This document shows, piece after piece, positions 30,317-39,701 of a stretch of DNA of 64,000 bases. Both the position numbers and the translations under genes were made by a program. Source of the stretch: Bacteriovoracaceae bacterium (GTDB lineage Bacteria; Bdellovibrionota; Bacteriovoracia; Bacteriovoracales; Bacteriovoracaceae); the NCBI GenBank assembly GCA_048270185.1, contig JBLWTJ010000001.1:256001-320000 (forward strand), in the 5' to 3' direction. Each line of letters starts with the position of its first letter. Position 1 is the first letter of the stretch. The notes below the pieces were generated by a model. That model worked only from the letters and a program-made list of their open reading frames with translations, was not told the origin of the DNA and searched no databases.

Positions 30317-30333
30317 TGCAGGAATGATGCCAG
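30317..30333 (-). promoter_or_regulatory. sigma54 -24/-12 promoter
   Basis: Minus strand CTGGCATCATTCCTGCA, GG-N10-GC, about 33 nt upstream of the ATG. Confidence 0.7.
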
Positions 30334-30421
30334 TTGTCATGGACAATGTTCACGGTGTCTAAATTTTAACCTACCGAAATAACGTTCATCATTGAATATT
30401 ATTGATGTTTAGAGAATACTC

Positions 30422-30442
30422 AGTGTTCATAATGTGAACACT
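30422..30442. promoter_or_regulatory. Inverted repeat; candidate enhancer (UAS) or operator
   Basis: AGTGTTCA-taatg-TGAACACT. Confidence 0.45.
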
Positions 30443-30455
30443 AAATAAAAAAGGA

Positions 30456-31022
30456 ATGAATAAAATGTCGACATTAGAAAGTCTAAAGAAGCGAAATTCG
30501 CAGTGTGAATTATGTGAAGGAACTCAGAATCTTGAAGCATATCAAGTTGAGGCCGCAAGTGGACTTGATCTTGAAGGAAATATTCTTATCTGTAGTGATT
30601 GTAAGAGTGCAATGGAAGATATTCAATCTTCAGCGAATCACTGGCGCTGCTTAAATGGTGCTATATGGAGTGAATATGCGGCCGTTAAGGTAGCAGCATA
30701 TCGAATCCTATGGGAAATCAAAGACTTAGGTTGGCCATCTGAATTATTAGACCAGATTTATCTAGAAGATAGTGAGCTAGCTATTGCTAAATCAACAATT
30801 AACGAAAGTGGAGTTGTCTGTCGTGATTCAAACGGAACTGAACTTATGGCCGGTGATAGTGTGACAATTATCAAGGACCTTAATGTTAAAGGTGGTGGAT
30901 TTACGGCCAAGCGTGGAACAACAGTTAAGAATATCGTTCTTACAGATGATCCTAAGTTAATTGAAGGACGTGTAAACGGAACAAAAATTGTTCTTGTTAG
31001 TGCTTATTTAAAGAAGTTGTAA
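30456..31022 (+). CDS. PhnA/YjdM-domain zinc-ribbon protein
   Basis: CELC...CSDC, HWRCL, DSNGTEL.AGDSVTIIKDLNVKG, KRGT.VKNI. Confidence 0.9.
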   Translation: MNKMSTLESLKKRNSQCELCEGTQNLEAYQVEAASGLDLEGNILICSDCKSAMEDIQSSANHWRCLNGAIWSEYAAVKVAAYRILWEIKDLGWPSELLDQIYLEDSELAIAKSTINESGVVCRDSNGTELMAGDSVTIIKDLNVKGGGFTAKRGTTVKNIVLTDDPKLIEGRVNGTKIVLVSAYLKKL

Positions 31023-31038
31023 TTGAAGTGGATGAAAA

Positions 31039-31115
31039 TGGTGCGAAAGGGCAGATTTGAACTGCCGACCTACGGGATATGAATCCGTCGCTCTAACCAA
31101 CTGAGCTACATTCGC
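31039..31115 (-). tRNA. tRNA with anticodon CAU, probably elongator tRNA-Met
   Basis: 77 nt with cloverleaf, D arm GCTC/GAGC, loop TT-CAT-AT, T arm GGCAG-TTCAAAT-CTGCC and encoded CCA. G1-C72 is paired, so it is not an initiator tRNA. Confidence 0.93.
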
Positions 31116-31133
31116 ACATTCAGAATAGATAGG

Positions 31134-31162
31134 ATATTAATGACTTGCGGGTTGCTTGTCAA
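31134..31162 (-). promoter_or_regulatory. sigma70 promoter of the tRNA
   Basis: TTGACA-N17-TAATAT. Confidence 0.75.
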
Positions 31163-31202
31163 TATCATATTTAACCAAAAATTAAATTTTTTAAAAAGTT
31201 TT

Positions 31203-32351
31203 ATGGTGAACACAGTTATTAAACAAAAAAAATATCACAAGGCCCTATGGAAGATGCAAAAGCATTTTGCTCTCTTTAATGAGGAAATGGGCCTTGATAT
31301 GAATTCTCCAATGGTTATAGCCATTAGTGGAGGAGTTGATTCTGTCGTTCTTCTTGATCTTCTTATCAGTATTGGTGTTAAGAATCTTCGCCTGCTTCAT
31401 ATTGACCATGGGACGCGTTCACAGATTACTGACGAAATTGCGATGCTACGTGATTTGGCCAACTCAAAAAATATTGAATTTCAAAGTATTAAAATTACTT
31501 TAAATGCTAATGCAAATTTTGAGGCCCAGGCCCGAAAGCTGCGTTATCAAGCTCTACTTGGAAACCTAAGAGAAGGAGAGTTGCTCTTAACAGGTCATCA
31601 TCTCGATGATTGTTTTGAATGGTCCCTTATGCAGCAACTTAAGTCTTCGGCAAAGTTGATTGATCTTGGGATCCCATATCGCAATGGGCGAATTTATAGA
31701 CCTTTATTTGCATTTTCTAAAAAACAAATCCTATCTTATGCGCAAATGAATGACCTTCACTGGTTTGAGGACCATACGAATCATAATTTAAAGTACGAGA
31801 GAAATTTTGTGAGAAATCTCGTTACACAAAAAATAGCAAAGAGATTTCCACAATATCTGAAGCACTACTGTGCAAGAATGAATAAACTTAAGAATTTAAA
31901 AGATATTAAAAATAATGTGGATCATAAAATCACAAAGCGCTCTTGGGGTATTGTCGTTAAACACAAAGGCCAGCTCACTCAAGCTATTGAAGAAGCAATA
32001 TTGTCTCAGAGTGTGGGTGTTAGAGGAAAAACGAGAGAACAATTTAATAAACTAAGTAATTTATTAAAGACGAAGGCCAGCATCGGGCCACTAAGTTTTT
32101 CAGGGGGCATCAAGGTTTATCTCTTTGGAGACTATTTGGCCGTGACAAAGAAATCTTGTGATATTTTATTTTCCAAAGAAGATGCGCAGATTCCTGATGC
32201 TATTCCTTTTCTTTCAAAACAAGACCGAGTGAAAGACTCGCTTAAGAAATGTCCTTTAAATAATGCATCGTTGAAAAAACTTTTTCCTCATCTTGCGGCC
32301 CCTGTTCATTATTCATGGCGTAAAGAGGGTAAAGTTTTAGTGTGGTTTTAA
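31203..32351 (+). CDS. tilS: tRNA(Ile)-lysidine synthase
   Basis: AISGGVDS PP-loop, HIDHG.R, EAQARKLRY, GHHLDD, RPL, EDHTN, ERNFVR; upstream of ftsH. Start codon uncertain. Confidence 0.88.
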   Translation: MVNTVIKQKKYHKALWKMQKHFALFNEEMGLDMNSPMVIAISGGVDSVVLLDLLISIGVKNLRLLHIDHGTRSQITDEIAMLRDLANSKNIEFQSIKITLNANANFEAQARKLRYQALLGNLREGELLLTGHHLDDCFEWSLMQQLKSSAKLIDLGIPYRNGRIYRPLFAFSKKQILSYAQMNDLHWFEDHTNHNLKYERNFVRNLVTQKIAKRFPQYLKHYCARMNKLKNLKDIKNNVDHKITKRSWGIVVKHKGQLTQAIEEAILSQSVGVRGKTREQFNKLSNLLKTKASIGPLSFSGGIKVYLFGDYLAVTKKSCDILFSKEDAQIPDAIPFLSKQDRVKDSLKKCPLNNASLKKLFPHLAAPVHYSWRKEGKVLVWF

Positions 32352-32360
32352 AATACTAGG

Positions 32361-32388
32361 CTTGACGTGGCCTAAAATGATACCATAT
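32361..32388 (+). promoter_or_regulatory. ftsH promoter (sigma32- or sigma70-like)
   Basis: CTTGAC-N14-TACCATAT. Confidence 0.45.
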
Positions 32389-32477
32389 TTAGGAGTATAG
32401 GGTTACAATAGAGCTTTATATTTTGAATACAATTGTGAACGGATACTTATTAAATAATTAAATTAAAAAGGATTTTA

Positions 32478-34394
32478 ATGAAAGGACAAAACAAAACTCT
32501 TCTTCTTTGGATCATCTTAATCCTCATGTTTGCGGCCATTGCAAAAATCTCTTCAGAAAGTCGCCAGGTTTATAAGCCTGTTACTTATCCTGATTTTGTA
32601 AGTGCTATTAAAGGTAAGCATGTTGAAAAAGTTGTTCTTAAAGGAAAAGATAAAATCTTAGGTAAGTTTAAGGACGGTTACGAGCAGGGTGCTTGGTTTG
32701 AAGCAACAGGGACAACTGGAGCTGAAACTTTTAAAATTTTAGAAAGTCACGGAATCTACCCTGAGTACGAAGCTGAAGAAAAACAAAATGTTTTCACGAC
32801 ATTCCTCCTACACTGGGGGCCAATGATCTTCTTATTCGTCATCGTAATATTCTTCTTAAGACAATTACAGTCTGGTGGAGGAAAGGCCATGAGCTTTGGG
32901 AAGTCAAAAGCTAGAATGCTATCTCCACATGATAAGAAAGTAACTTTCTCTGATGTATCAGGTGTTGAAGAAGCAAAAGAAGAACTAGAAGAAGTTGTCG
33001 ACTTCTTAAAAGATCCAAAAAAATATACTGGACTTGGTGGAAAGATTCCTAAAGGTGTAATCCTTGTGGGTCCTCCTGGTACAGGTAAGACACTTCTTGC
33101 AAGGGCCGTTGCTGGTGAAGCAGGCGTACCATTCTTTTCGATTTCAGGATCTGATTTCGTCGAAATGTTCGTAGGTGTTGGTGCTTCACGTGTGCGTGAC
33201 CTATTTGAACAAGGTAAGAAGAACGCTCCATGTATTATCTTTATTGATGAGATCGATGCTGTCGGACGCCACCGTGGACACGGTATGGGTGGAGGACACG
33301 ATGAACGTGAGCAAACTCTAAACCAACTTCTTGTTGAAATGGATGGTTTTGAATCAAATGAAGGTGTCATCCTAATTGCGGCAACAAATAGAATTGACGT
33401 TCTTGATAAGGCCCTTCTAAGACCAGGTCGTTTTGATCGTCGTGTAACTGTTGGACCTCCAGATGTTCGTGGACGTCTAGGGATTCTTAAAGTTCATACA
33501 AAGAAGACTCCACTTGATACAAATGTTGACCTTGAAGTAATTGCTAAGGGAACTCCAGGCTTTACTGGTGCTGACCTGGCAAACCTTGTAAACGAGGCCG
33601 CTCTCTTTGCAGCTCGCTTTGGTAAGAAAGTTCTTCAAATGATCGACTTTGAACAAGCAAAAGATAAGGTTCTAATGGGACCTGAAAGAAAGTCAATGGT
33701 ACTTTCAGATCTAGAAAAGAAAGTAACTGCATACCATGAAGCAGGTCACACGCTAGTAGGAATGAATCTTCCAAAGACAGATCCTATACACAAGGTATCA
33801 ATCATGCCACGTGGTGGAGCTCTAGGTGTAACTCAAACTCTTCCAAACGAAGATATGCATAATCTAACTCTTGAGAAGGCAGAAAATTTCATTGCTTTCC
33901 TTATGGGGGGGCGTGTTGCAGAAGAAATCGTTTTCAATGAAATTTCAAACGGTGCTTCAAATGATATTGAAAGAGCAACTCAACTTGCTTCAAGCATGGT
34001 TTGTTCTTGGGGTATGAGTTCAAAGATGGGACCTCGTAATTTCCATCAACCAGGAAATTCTCCATTTGGTTCAACGGCTCCAAGTGAAGGTGTTGGATAC
34101 TCTGAAGAGACAGCTCGTGAAATCGACAATGAAATCACTCGCTTCCTTGATGAAAATTACAAGCTAGCAAAGAAGATCCTAACTGATAACCGTGATGCAC
34201 TCAATAGAATTGCTGAAGGTCTTATTGTTTGGGAAACTCTCGATGCAAAACAAATTAAGGCCCTAATCGCTGGTGAAGATATTGGTGTTCCTATAATCGA
34301 AGAATCTAAATCGAATGATACTCTCGGTGGAGCTAGTGCAACTGAGCCTAAGGCAACAATTGCAAAACCAATTGATGACCCAAAACTAGCTTAG
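32478..34394 (+). CDS. ftsH: ATP-dependent zinc metalloprotease FtsH
   Basis: Two TMs, [27 protein letters not shown]. Confidence 0.98.
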   Translation: MKGQNKTLLLWIILILMFAAIAKISSESRQVYKPVTYPDFVSAIKGKHVEKVVLKGKDKILGKFKDGYEQGAWFEATGTTGAETFKILESHGIYPEYEAEEKQNVFTTFLLHWGPMIFLFVIVIFFLRQLQSGGGKAMSFGKSKARMLSPHDKKVTFSDVSGVEEAKEELEEVVDFLKDPKKYTGLGGKIPKGVILVGPPGTGKTLLARAVAGEAGVPFFSISGSDFVEMFVGVGASRVRDLFEQGKKNAPCIIFIDEIDAVGRHRGHGMGGGHDEREQTLNQLLVEMDGFESNEGVILIAATNRIDVLDKALLRPGRFDRRVTVGPPDVRGRLGILKVHTKKTPLDTNVDLEVIAKGTPGFTGADLANLVNEAALFAARFGKKVLQMIDFEQAKDKVLMGPERKSMVLSDLEKKVTAYHEAGHTLVGMNLPKTDPIHKVSIMPRGGALGVTQTLPNEDMHNLTLEKAENFIAFLMGGRVAEEIVFNEISNGASNDIERATQLASSMVCSWGMSSKMGPRNFHQPGNSPFGSTAPSEGVGYSEETAREIDNEITRFLDENYKLAKKILTDNRDALNRIAEGLIVWETLDAKQIKALIAGEDIGVPIIEESKSNDTLGGASATEPKATIAKPIDDPKLA

Positions 34395-34405
34395 TTAAAT
34401 CAATA

Positions 34406-35242
34406 ATGAAAAAAATCAAATACCTAGGGGTAGCTAATGCTACCCCTAATTCTTTCTCCGACGGCCATTTAAATCTCGACCCTAATTTTCAAAAGCGAAA
34501 ACTTAATAGCTTTTTAGAAGCTTCTTATGGGCTTGATCTAGGAGCTGAAAGTACAGCTCCATTCAATGATCCTATTAGTGAGAATACTGAATGGGAGCGT
34601 TTGGAGAAGTACGTTTTAGAGAATCTCGAGACGTTAAAGAAGTTTCATACCATCTCAATTGATACTTATCGTGCAACAACGATGAAGCGCTTTATGCAAG
34701 AATATGCAGCGTTATTCCAGGAAGTTGTTTGGAATGATGTTTCTGGTGTTGTTGATGCTTCTTGCATTCACTTACTGCAGAGTTACCCTCATTTAAAATA
34801 TATTCTATGCCATAATCTGGCCCCAGAAAGGTCTCTTGCTGGACTTCATATGAAGTATGCTAAAGAAAAATTAACGTCCATAGATATCGCAAAATTCTTC
34901 AAGCTAACTTTAGAAGAGCTATCTAATAATGGTGTTGAATTAAATCGAATCATTCTTGATCCATGTTTTGGTTTTTCAAAAACTCTTGAGCAAAATCTCG
35001 AAATACTAAAAACGATTAGTGATATTTTTGAAATTCATCCTCATTGGCTTATAGGAATATCTAAGAAATCATTCTTGCAATTTTTAGTTGATAGTGAAGG
35101 AAAGTCTAAGCAGGAGAAGATCGAGCTTAGTGAAGCCTATCATTGGCGTTATTTAAAAGAGCTTGAGGATAAGTTTTCCAATGTTGTTACATGTAAGTCA
35201 CTGTATTTTCGAGTCCATGAGATTGGAAATATTACAGCCTAA
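34406..35242 (+). CDS. folP: Dihydropteroate synthase
   Basis: NATPNSFSDG, LGAEST.P, SIDTY, NDVSG, LDPCFGF.K, GISKKSF, RVHE; ftsH-folP synteny. Confidence 0.9.
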   Translation: MKKIKYLGVANATPNSFSDGHLNLDPNFQKRKLNSFLEASYGLDLGAESTAPFNDPISENTEWERLEKYVLENLETLKKFHTISIDTYRATTMKRFMQEYAALFQEVVWNDVSGVVDASCIHLLQSYPHLKYILCHNLAPERSLAGLHMKYAKEKLTSIDIAKFFKLTLEELSNNGVELNRIILDPCFGFSKTLEQNLEILKTISDIFEIHPHWLIGISKKSFLQFLVDSEGKSKQEKIELSEAYHWRYLKELEDKFSNVVTCKSLYFRVHEIGNITA

Positions 35243-35296
35243 CTCGTTAAAATAAGATAAATCGACTATAAGTAAGGCTCAAATATTAGAGGGCCT

Positions 35297-36250
35297 ATGA
35301 ATCTATTTAAATTCTTATCACTTATTATTGTCTTAAATTTTACTGCACAGGCAAGCTTCATTACGTTGCCAGTTACTTCGTTGCCAGTAATGAGAAAGAT
35401 AGATTTTGATCTTAATAATATTGATAAGGCCATCTACGGTAGTCTTGATGTTAGGCCAGTTAATGCTAGTCTTAAGACTCCTATCGGTAAAAAGGCCCAT
35501 GCCACGGCCCTACTTGTTAATCGTTTCAGCTTAAATGAAGTTGTTGAAGATAAATTATTCGAACTGACAGGTGTGAATTTTGCAAAAGAGGCAAGATTAT
35601 GTGAAGGGGAGAATGACTTCTTAAGGCAAACTCAATTTGGAAAGTGTAGTGCAGTTCTTGTCGGCCCAAAACAACTTCTGACGGCCGCTCACTGTATTCG
35701 CAATATTCAGCTTGATTGTGATCGTAAAAGCTTCATCTTTGATGCACGCCAAGATCTAGGAACAGATAAGAGAACTCAATACTTTGTTAAGTCTCAAGTC
35801 TATCACTGTAGTAAGATTCTAGCCTATAATCAAAGCCGAGATGATACCTTTGACTATGCTCTGATTGAGCTTGACCGTAATGTTACAGGCGGTAGAGAGC
35901 CTGTTGAAGTTAAGAAGGATGAGCTTCAAAATGGAGATGAAGTCTATATGTTAGGGCATCCAAATGGATTCTTAGCTCAATATTCTTCAAATGGTTTTGT
36001 TCGCTCAGATGATGATCTATTTTATAATACAAATCTTGATGCCTTTGGCGGCAATAGTGGTGGACCAGTTTTCGATAAGAGTACGAATGAGCTAGTGGGA
36101 CTGCTTATTCGTGGCCATGATGATCTAAAGTGGGATACCGAAGCTCAATGTAATCGAGTTGTCTATTGTGAAGAAGATGAGTGTGATGGTGAGTCAGTCT
36201 TAAAAATTGGCCGCATTATTGACGATATCCAAAAGGCCCGTAATAATTAA
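35297..36250 (+). CDS. Secreted trypsin-like (S1) serine protease
   Basis: CSAVLV, LTAAHC, DYALIEL, GNSGGPV. Confidence 0.9.
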   Translation: MNLFKFLSLIIVLNFTAQASFITLPVTSLPVMRKIDFDLNNIDKAIYGSLDVRPVNASLKTPIGKKAHATALLVNRFSLNEVVEDKLFELTGVNFAKEARLCEGENDFLRQTQFGKCSAVLVGPKQLLTAAHCIRNIQLDCDRKSFIFDARQDLGTDKRTQYFVKSQVYHCSKILAYNQSRDDTFDYALIELDRNVTGGREPVEVKKDELQNGDEVYMLGHPNGFLAQYSSNGFVRSDDDLFYNTNLDAFGGNSGGPVFDKSTNELVGLLIRGHDDLKWDTEAQCNRVVYCEEDECDGESVLKIGRIIDDIQKARNN

Positions 36251-36253
36251 TAT

Positions 36254-36646
36254 ATGAAACTTGGCCATATCATTCTCTTTAGCTCAAATGCACATCTTAG
36301 TGCCGCTTTTCTAAGCGATGTCTTTGATCTAGAAATTGAACAAGCCTCTGACTCAATTGCTATCTTTAATGAAGATTTGCGTTTCCTAATTGTTGAGCGT
36401 CCAAAGCTTGCCCAGGTTGGAAATAATATTGTCTTTGACTTCATTGTCGATTCTTATGATGAACTGGTTGAACTTCAAAAGAAGGTCGAGTTTGTTAATT
36501 ATCGTCTTGAAAGCTCTGGTGAAAACCTACACATCTTAAATGAAGAAAAATCTCCTGAAATTCTTGAGCATGAAGGTGTGCAATTCTTCTTCCTTACAGA
36601 CCCTGACAACCGTCGCTGGAAAGTTACCCTACTTAATTCATTATAA
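36254..36646 (+). CDS. VOC/glyoxalase-family protein
   Basis: LGHIIL...F...VFDL and FFLTDPDNRRW. Confidence 0.65.
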   Translation: MKLGHIILFSSNAHLSAAFLSDVFDLEIEQASDSIAIFNEDLRFLIVERPKLAQVGNNIVFDFIVDSYDELVELQKKVEFVNYRLESSGENLHILNEEKSPEILEHEGVQFFFLTDPDNRRWKVTLLNSL

Positions 36647-36786
36647 TTAAAATTCACTCAAATTAGCTTTTAACTTAACTTTATTTAAGTCACAAAGATG
36701 ACACCTCTTTACTTGCAAATTGGCACTAGTGCTGGTCATTTTGACAGTGGCCTTGATGGATGTCGTTGATATCGCGACATGAACAG

Positions 36787-36803
36787 TTGGCACGAATCGT
36801 GCT
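36787..36803 (+). promoter_or_regulatory. sigma54 -24/-12 promoter
   Basis: TTGGCACGAATCGTGCT, GG-N10-GC. Confidence 0.75.
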
Positions 36804-36860
36804 TTATATATTAACAGATGCCGGCAGGATGCTAGCAGAACCCGAATAATTAACTCAAGG

Positions 36861-38243
36861 ATGAGTATGCGCTTTTTAGTACTTGCTTTGGCCGCTTTAA
36901 CAGCGGCCAATATTTCGGCCAACTTTATTATTAAGTATAAAGATGGATCAAGTGAAATATCGACAATCAATCCCACTTCAAAATTCTCAAGTTTTGCTCT
37001 TTCTGATGATGTTGAATACGTTGAAGAAGATACAAGACTCTTTGCTAACGCAGGCGAGTATAATGATACTTACTATAATAGTCAGTGGTATTTTCAAAAT
37101 TATCTATCAAATTCTTTCTATCATGCAAGAGAGCAGGCCGTGGCCGATGGAGCAAGAACAATTAATGTCGCTGTTATCGATACCGGAATAACTCCTCATG
37201 TTGATCTAAGCTCTTCTGTTGTCGGAGGCTATGATTTTATTTCTGAAAGCGCAAATGCACGCGACGGTAATGGCCGAGATAGCAATCCTAATGATGAAGG
37301 AGATTACTCCGATTCATCAAACTCGACATGGCATGGAACTCACGTTGCAGGAATTATAGCTGCTCGCTCTAACAATAATTATGGAATCGTTGGTGCCGCT
37401 AAGAATATAAATATAGTTCCTATTCGTGTTTTAGGAGCAACAGGTGGCCTAACCTCAGATATTGCTGATGCCGTTCGCTGGGCCGCAGGAGGTAATATTG
37501 CAGGTGTTCCTGCTAATTCTTACCCTGCACGTGTCATTAATATGTCATTAGGAGCACAGGGAAGTTGTAGTCGCTATATGCAAGAGTCAATAGACTTTGC
37601 TAAGTCACGAGGTGCTGTTGTTGTTGTTGCAACGGGAAATTCAAATGCAGATGCTTCTTATTTCACTCCTTCTAATTGTCGAGGTGTTTTAAGAGTTGGT
37701 GCAGTAACTGCAAGTCGCTCACGTTCTTCATACTCCAATTATGGTAGTATCGTCGATATTGCGGCCCCTGGAGATGGAATCATTTCAACAGTAAATAGTG
37801 GTTCAACAACCCAAGTGGCCGGCACAATAAAAAGTATGAATGGAACTTCCATGGCCGCCGGATTTATTTCGGCCACGGCCGCTATGATTTTTCAAGCTAA
37901 TCCAAGTCTATACCCTGATCAAGTTCGAAGTATTATGACTTCAACTACGGCCTCTTACTATTGCGATAAATCAGCTTGCTCACGTGGGGCCGTCGACCCA
38001 TATGAAGCAGTCGATCTTGCCTTTAGCACAACTGCCGATGCTAATTTTAGCTACAATGATCCGGTGCTTGTTGGTGGAACTGCGGCCTTAAATGGTGTTA
38101 ATACTGCCTCTAGTAGTGGGGGAGCTTGTGGGACAATAAGTGATGCTTCTAATAATGGACAGGGGGGAATGTTTGTTGGCCTTGCCCTTATCTTTGCCAT
38201 TGTATGTGCTCATCGTTTCAAATACGTTCGCGTTAATACTTAG
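36861..38243 (+). CDS. Secreted S8 subtilisin-like protease with C-terminal membrane-anchor/sorting tail
   Basis: VIDTG, HGTHVAG, GTSMAA triad; tail GGACGTI...GGMFVGLALIFAIVCAHRFK. Confidence 0.92.
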   Translation: MSMRFLVLALAALTAANISANFIIKYKDGSSEISTINPTSKFSSFALSDDVEYVEEDTRLFANAGEYNDTYYNSQWYFQNYLSNSFYHAREQAVADGARTINVAVIDTGITPHVDLSSSVVGGYDFISESANARDGNGRDSNPNDEGDYSDSSNSTWHGTHVAGIIAARSNNNYGIVGAAKNINIVPIRVLGATGGLTSDIADAVRWAAGGNIAGVPANSYPARVINMSLGAQGSCSRYMQESIDFAKSRGAVVVVATGNSNADASYFTPSNCRGVLRVGAVTASRSRSSYSNYGSIVDIAAPGDGIISTVNSGSTTQVAGTIKSMNGTSMAAGFISATAAMIFQANPSLYPDQVRSIMTSTTASYYCDKSACSRGAVDPYEAVDLAFSTTADANFSYNDPVLVGGTAALNGVNTASSSGGACGTISDASNNGQGGMFVGLALIFAIVCAHRFKYVRVNT

Positions 38244-38857
38244 GACGCCTTTAGAATCGAGCACTCAACTTCAATACCATCATCAAGAATTCGGCAATTA
38301 TCAACTTTGTAAATCATTTCTCGACTAGTATGTCCTTCAAGCTTAATAAGTGAGTTCTTGGGAATCTCTTCATTAGTATAAAGTTTCATATTTGTAGGAT
38401 TCTTTTCAACCACACGATATCCCTTTATTACATCACTTACTTCAAAGACTTCGATAATATCTTCGCTAATCGAGCGATCACCGTTAATAATCTTGTTGAT
38501 TTGATTTATAACAACATCAAAACCTTGTTGCTTTAAGACAAAGAGATCAACGCCTTTTCTCATTGCCTCTTCAATGACTATGCTATCATTCTCATTTGTC
38601 ACAAGCATGAAGCTTATACTCTTTCCTAATGTACTAATTTCATCAAATAACTCGATACCATCCATTTGTGGCATCATGTAGTCACAGACGATATATAATC
38701 TCTCATTTTCTTCTAATCTTGTGGTACGAACTTCTTCAATGGCCTTAAAAGGATTAGTGTGGAATTTAACGTGTGAATCAAAAGTATGCTCTAGACTTGT
38801 TGCAAGAAGCTTGGCTGTTTCATAGCAATCGTCGATAACAATGATGTGCTTTTTCAT
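38240..38857 (-). CDS. Response regulator (receiver plus unrecognised C-terminal domain)
   Basis: VIDD, CDYMMPQMDG, T and K receiver motifs. Confidence 0.85.
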   Translation of the reverse strand: MKKHIIVIDDCYETAKLLATSLEHTFDSHVKFHTNPFKAIEEVRTTRLEENERLYIVCDYMMPQMDGIELFDEISTLGKSISFMLVTNENDSIVIEEAMRKGVDLFVLKQQGFDVVINQINKIINGDRSISEDIIEVFEVSDVIKGYRVVEKNPTNMKLYTNEEIPKNSLIKLEGHTSREMIYKVDNCRILDDGIEVECSILKAS

Positions 38858-38944
38858 ATAGACAGTATAATTGAGTTAATTGGGAGTCTAGGGATAAGCT
38901 ATCTAAATTTTACTTAATTACCCTAAGGAACTCCCTTATAACGA

Positions 38945-39625
38945 TTACATACTCACTTCTTGAATCTTGTATCCTTCACCGTAGACACTTCTGATGATGA
39001 AGTTTGAGTTTTTAATTTTCTTTCTAATCGAGCTAATATAAGTATCAATCATACGATCGTTTACTTTGTGATTGTCTGGAGCTATATGATTGAGGATTTT
39101 TTCTCGTCCAAGTACACTTTGTTCATTCTTTAATAAGAGATGAATAATCTTAAATTCACTTGAGGTGAAATGAATCCTTTCCCCACGAATTTTAACTTCT
39201 TGAGAGGGGATATTAAGAGCAATATCTCGATAGTTTAAAATCTCAAGAGCATTTTCATTATTCACTGATTTTAGAGTTGTGTTAATAATGCTCTTGACTT
39301 CAGAAGGCTCAAATGGCTTTGAAATAAAGTTAATACCACCAAGCTGATAGCCCGTTACACGTGTATTGACATTATTCTTTGATGAAATAAAGACAATTGG
39401 TGTGTCCTTTAATTCCTCATTCATTTTTAATTGCGAGCAAATCTCAAATCCTGATTCATTTTGTAATAAGATATCGAGGAGAATTAAGTCAGGCTTTTCC
39501 TGCCATGCAAGCGCAATGGCCTCGTCCTGATTGCTGGCATCAATTACTGTATAGTTACTCTCAAGTAGAGCGCGTAATAGATCTCTTACGTCTTGGTCAT
39601 CGTCAATGATAAGAATTTTCTTCAT
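38945..39625 (-). CDS. OmpR/PhoB-family response regulator
   Basis: IDDD, LLDILL, SKPF, winged helix (RMIDTYISSIRKK, IRSVYGEGY). AAGGAG RBS favours start 39625. Confidence 0.92.
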   Translation of the reverse strand: MKKILIIDDDQDVRDLLRALLESNYTVIDASNQDEAIALAWQEKPDLILLDILLQNESGFEICSQLKMNEELKDTPIVFISSKNNVNTRVTGYQLGGINFISKPFEPSEVKSIINTTLKSVNNENALEILNYRDIALNIPSQEVKIRGERIHFTSSEFKIIHLLLKNEQSVLGREKILNHIAPDNHKVNDRMIDTYISSIRKKIKNSNFIIRSVYGEGYKIQEVSM

Positions 39626-39701
39626 GAAGATCTCCTTTATATTCATAATATAATGTATAAATATATTAAAAAATCTTCAGCTTAATAAATCTTAAAATAA
39701 A

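Noticed and set aside
30285..30353. ORF-track start of the barrel gene at 30353
   Set aside because: It would run through the sigma54 promoter; ATG 30284 has an RBS and a signal peptide.
31022..31203. tRNA as an integration site for a genomic island
   Set aside because: No integrase, no duplicated tRNA 3' end and no obvious compositional break.
36647..36976. 109-aa minus-strand ORF in the VOC-S8 intergenic region
   Set aside because: It overlaps the S8 start and its promoter and has no recognisable features.
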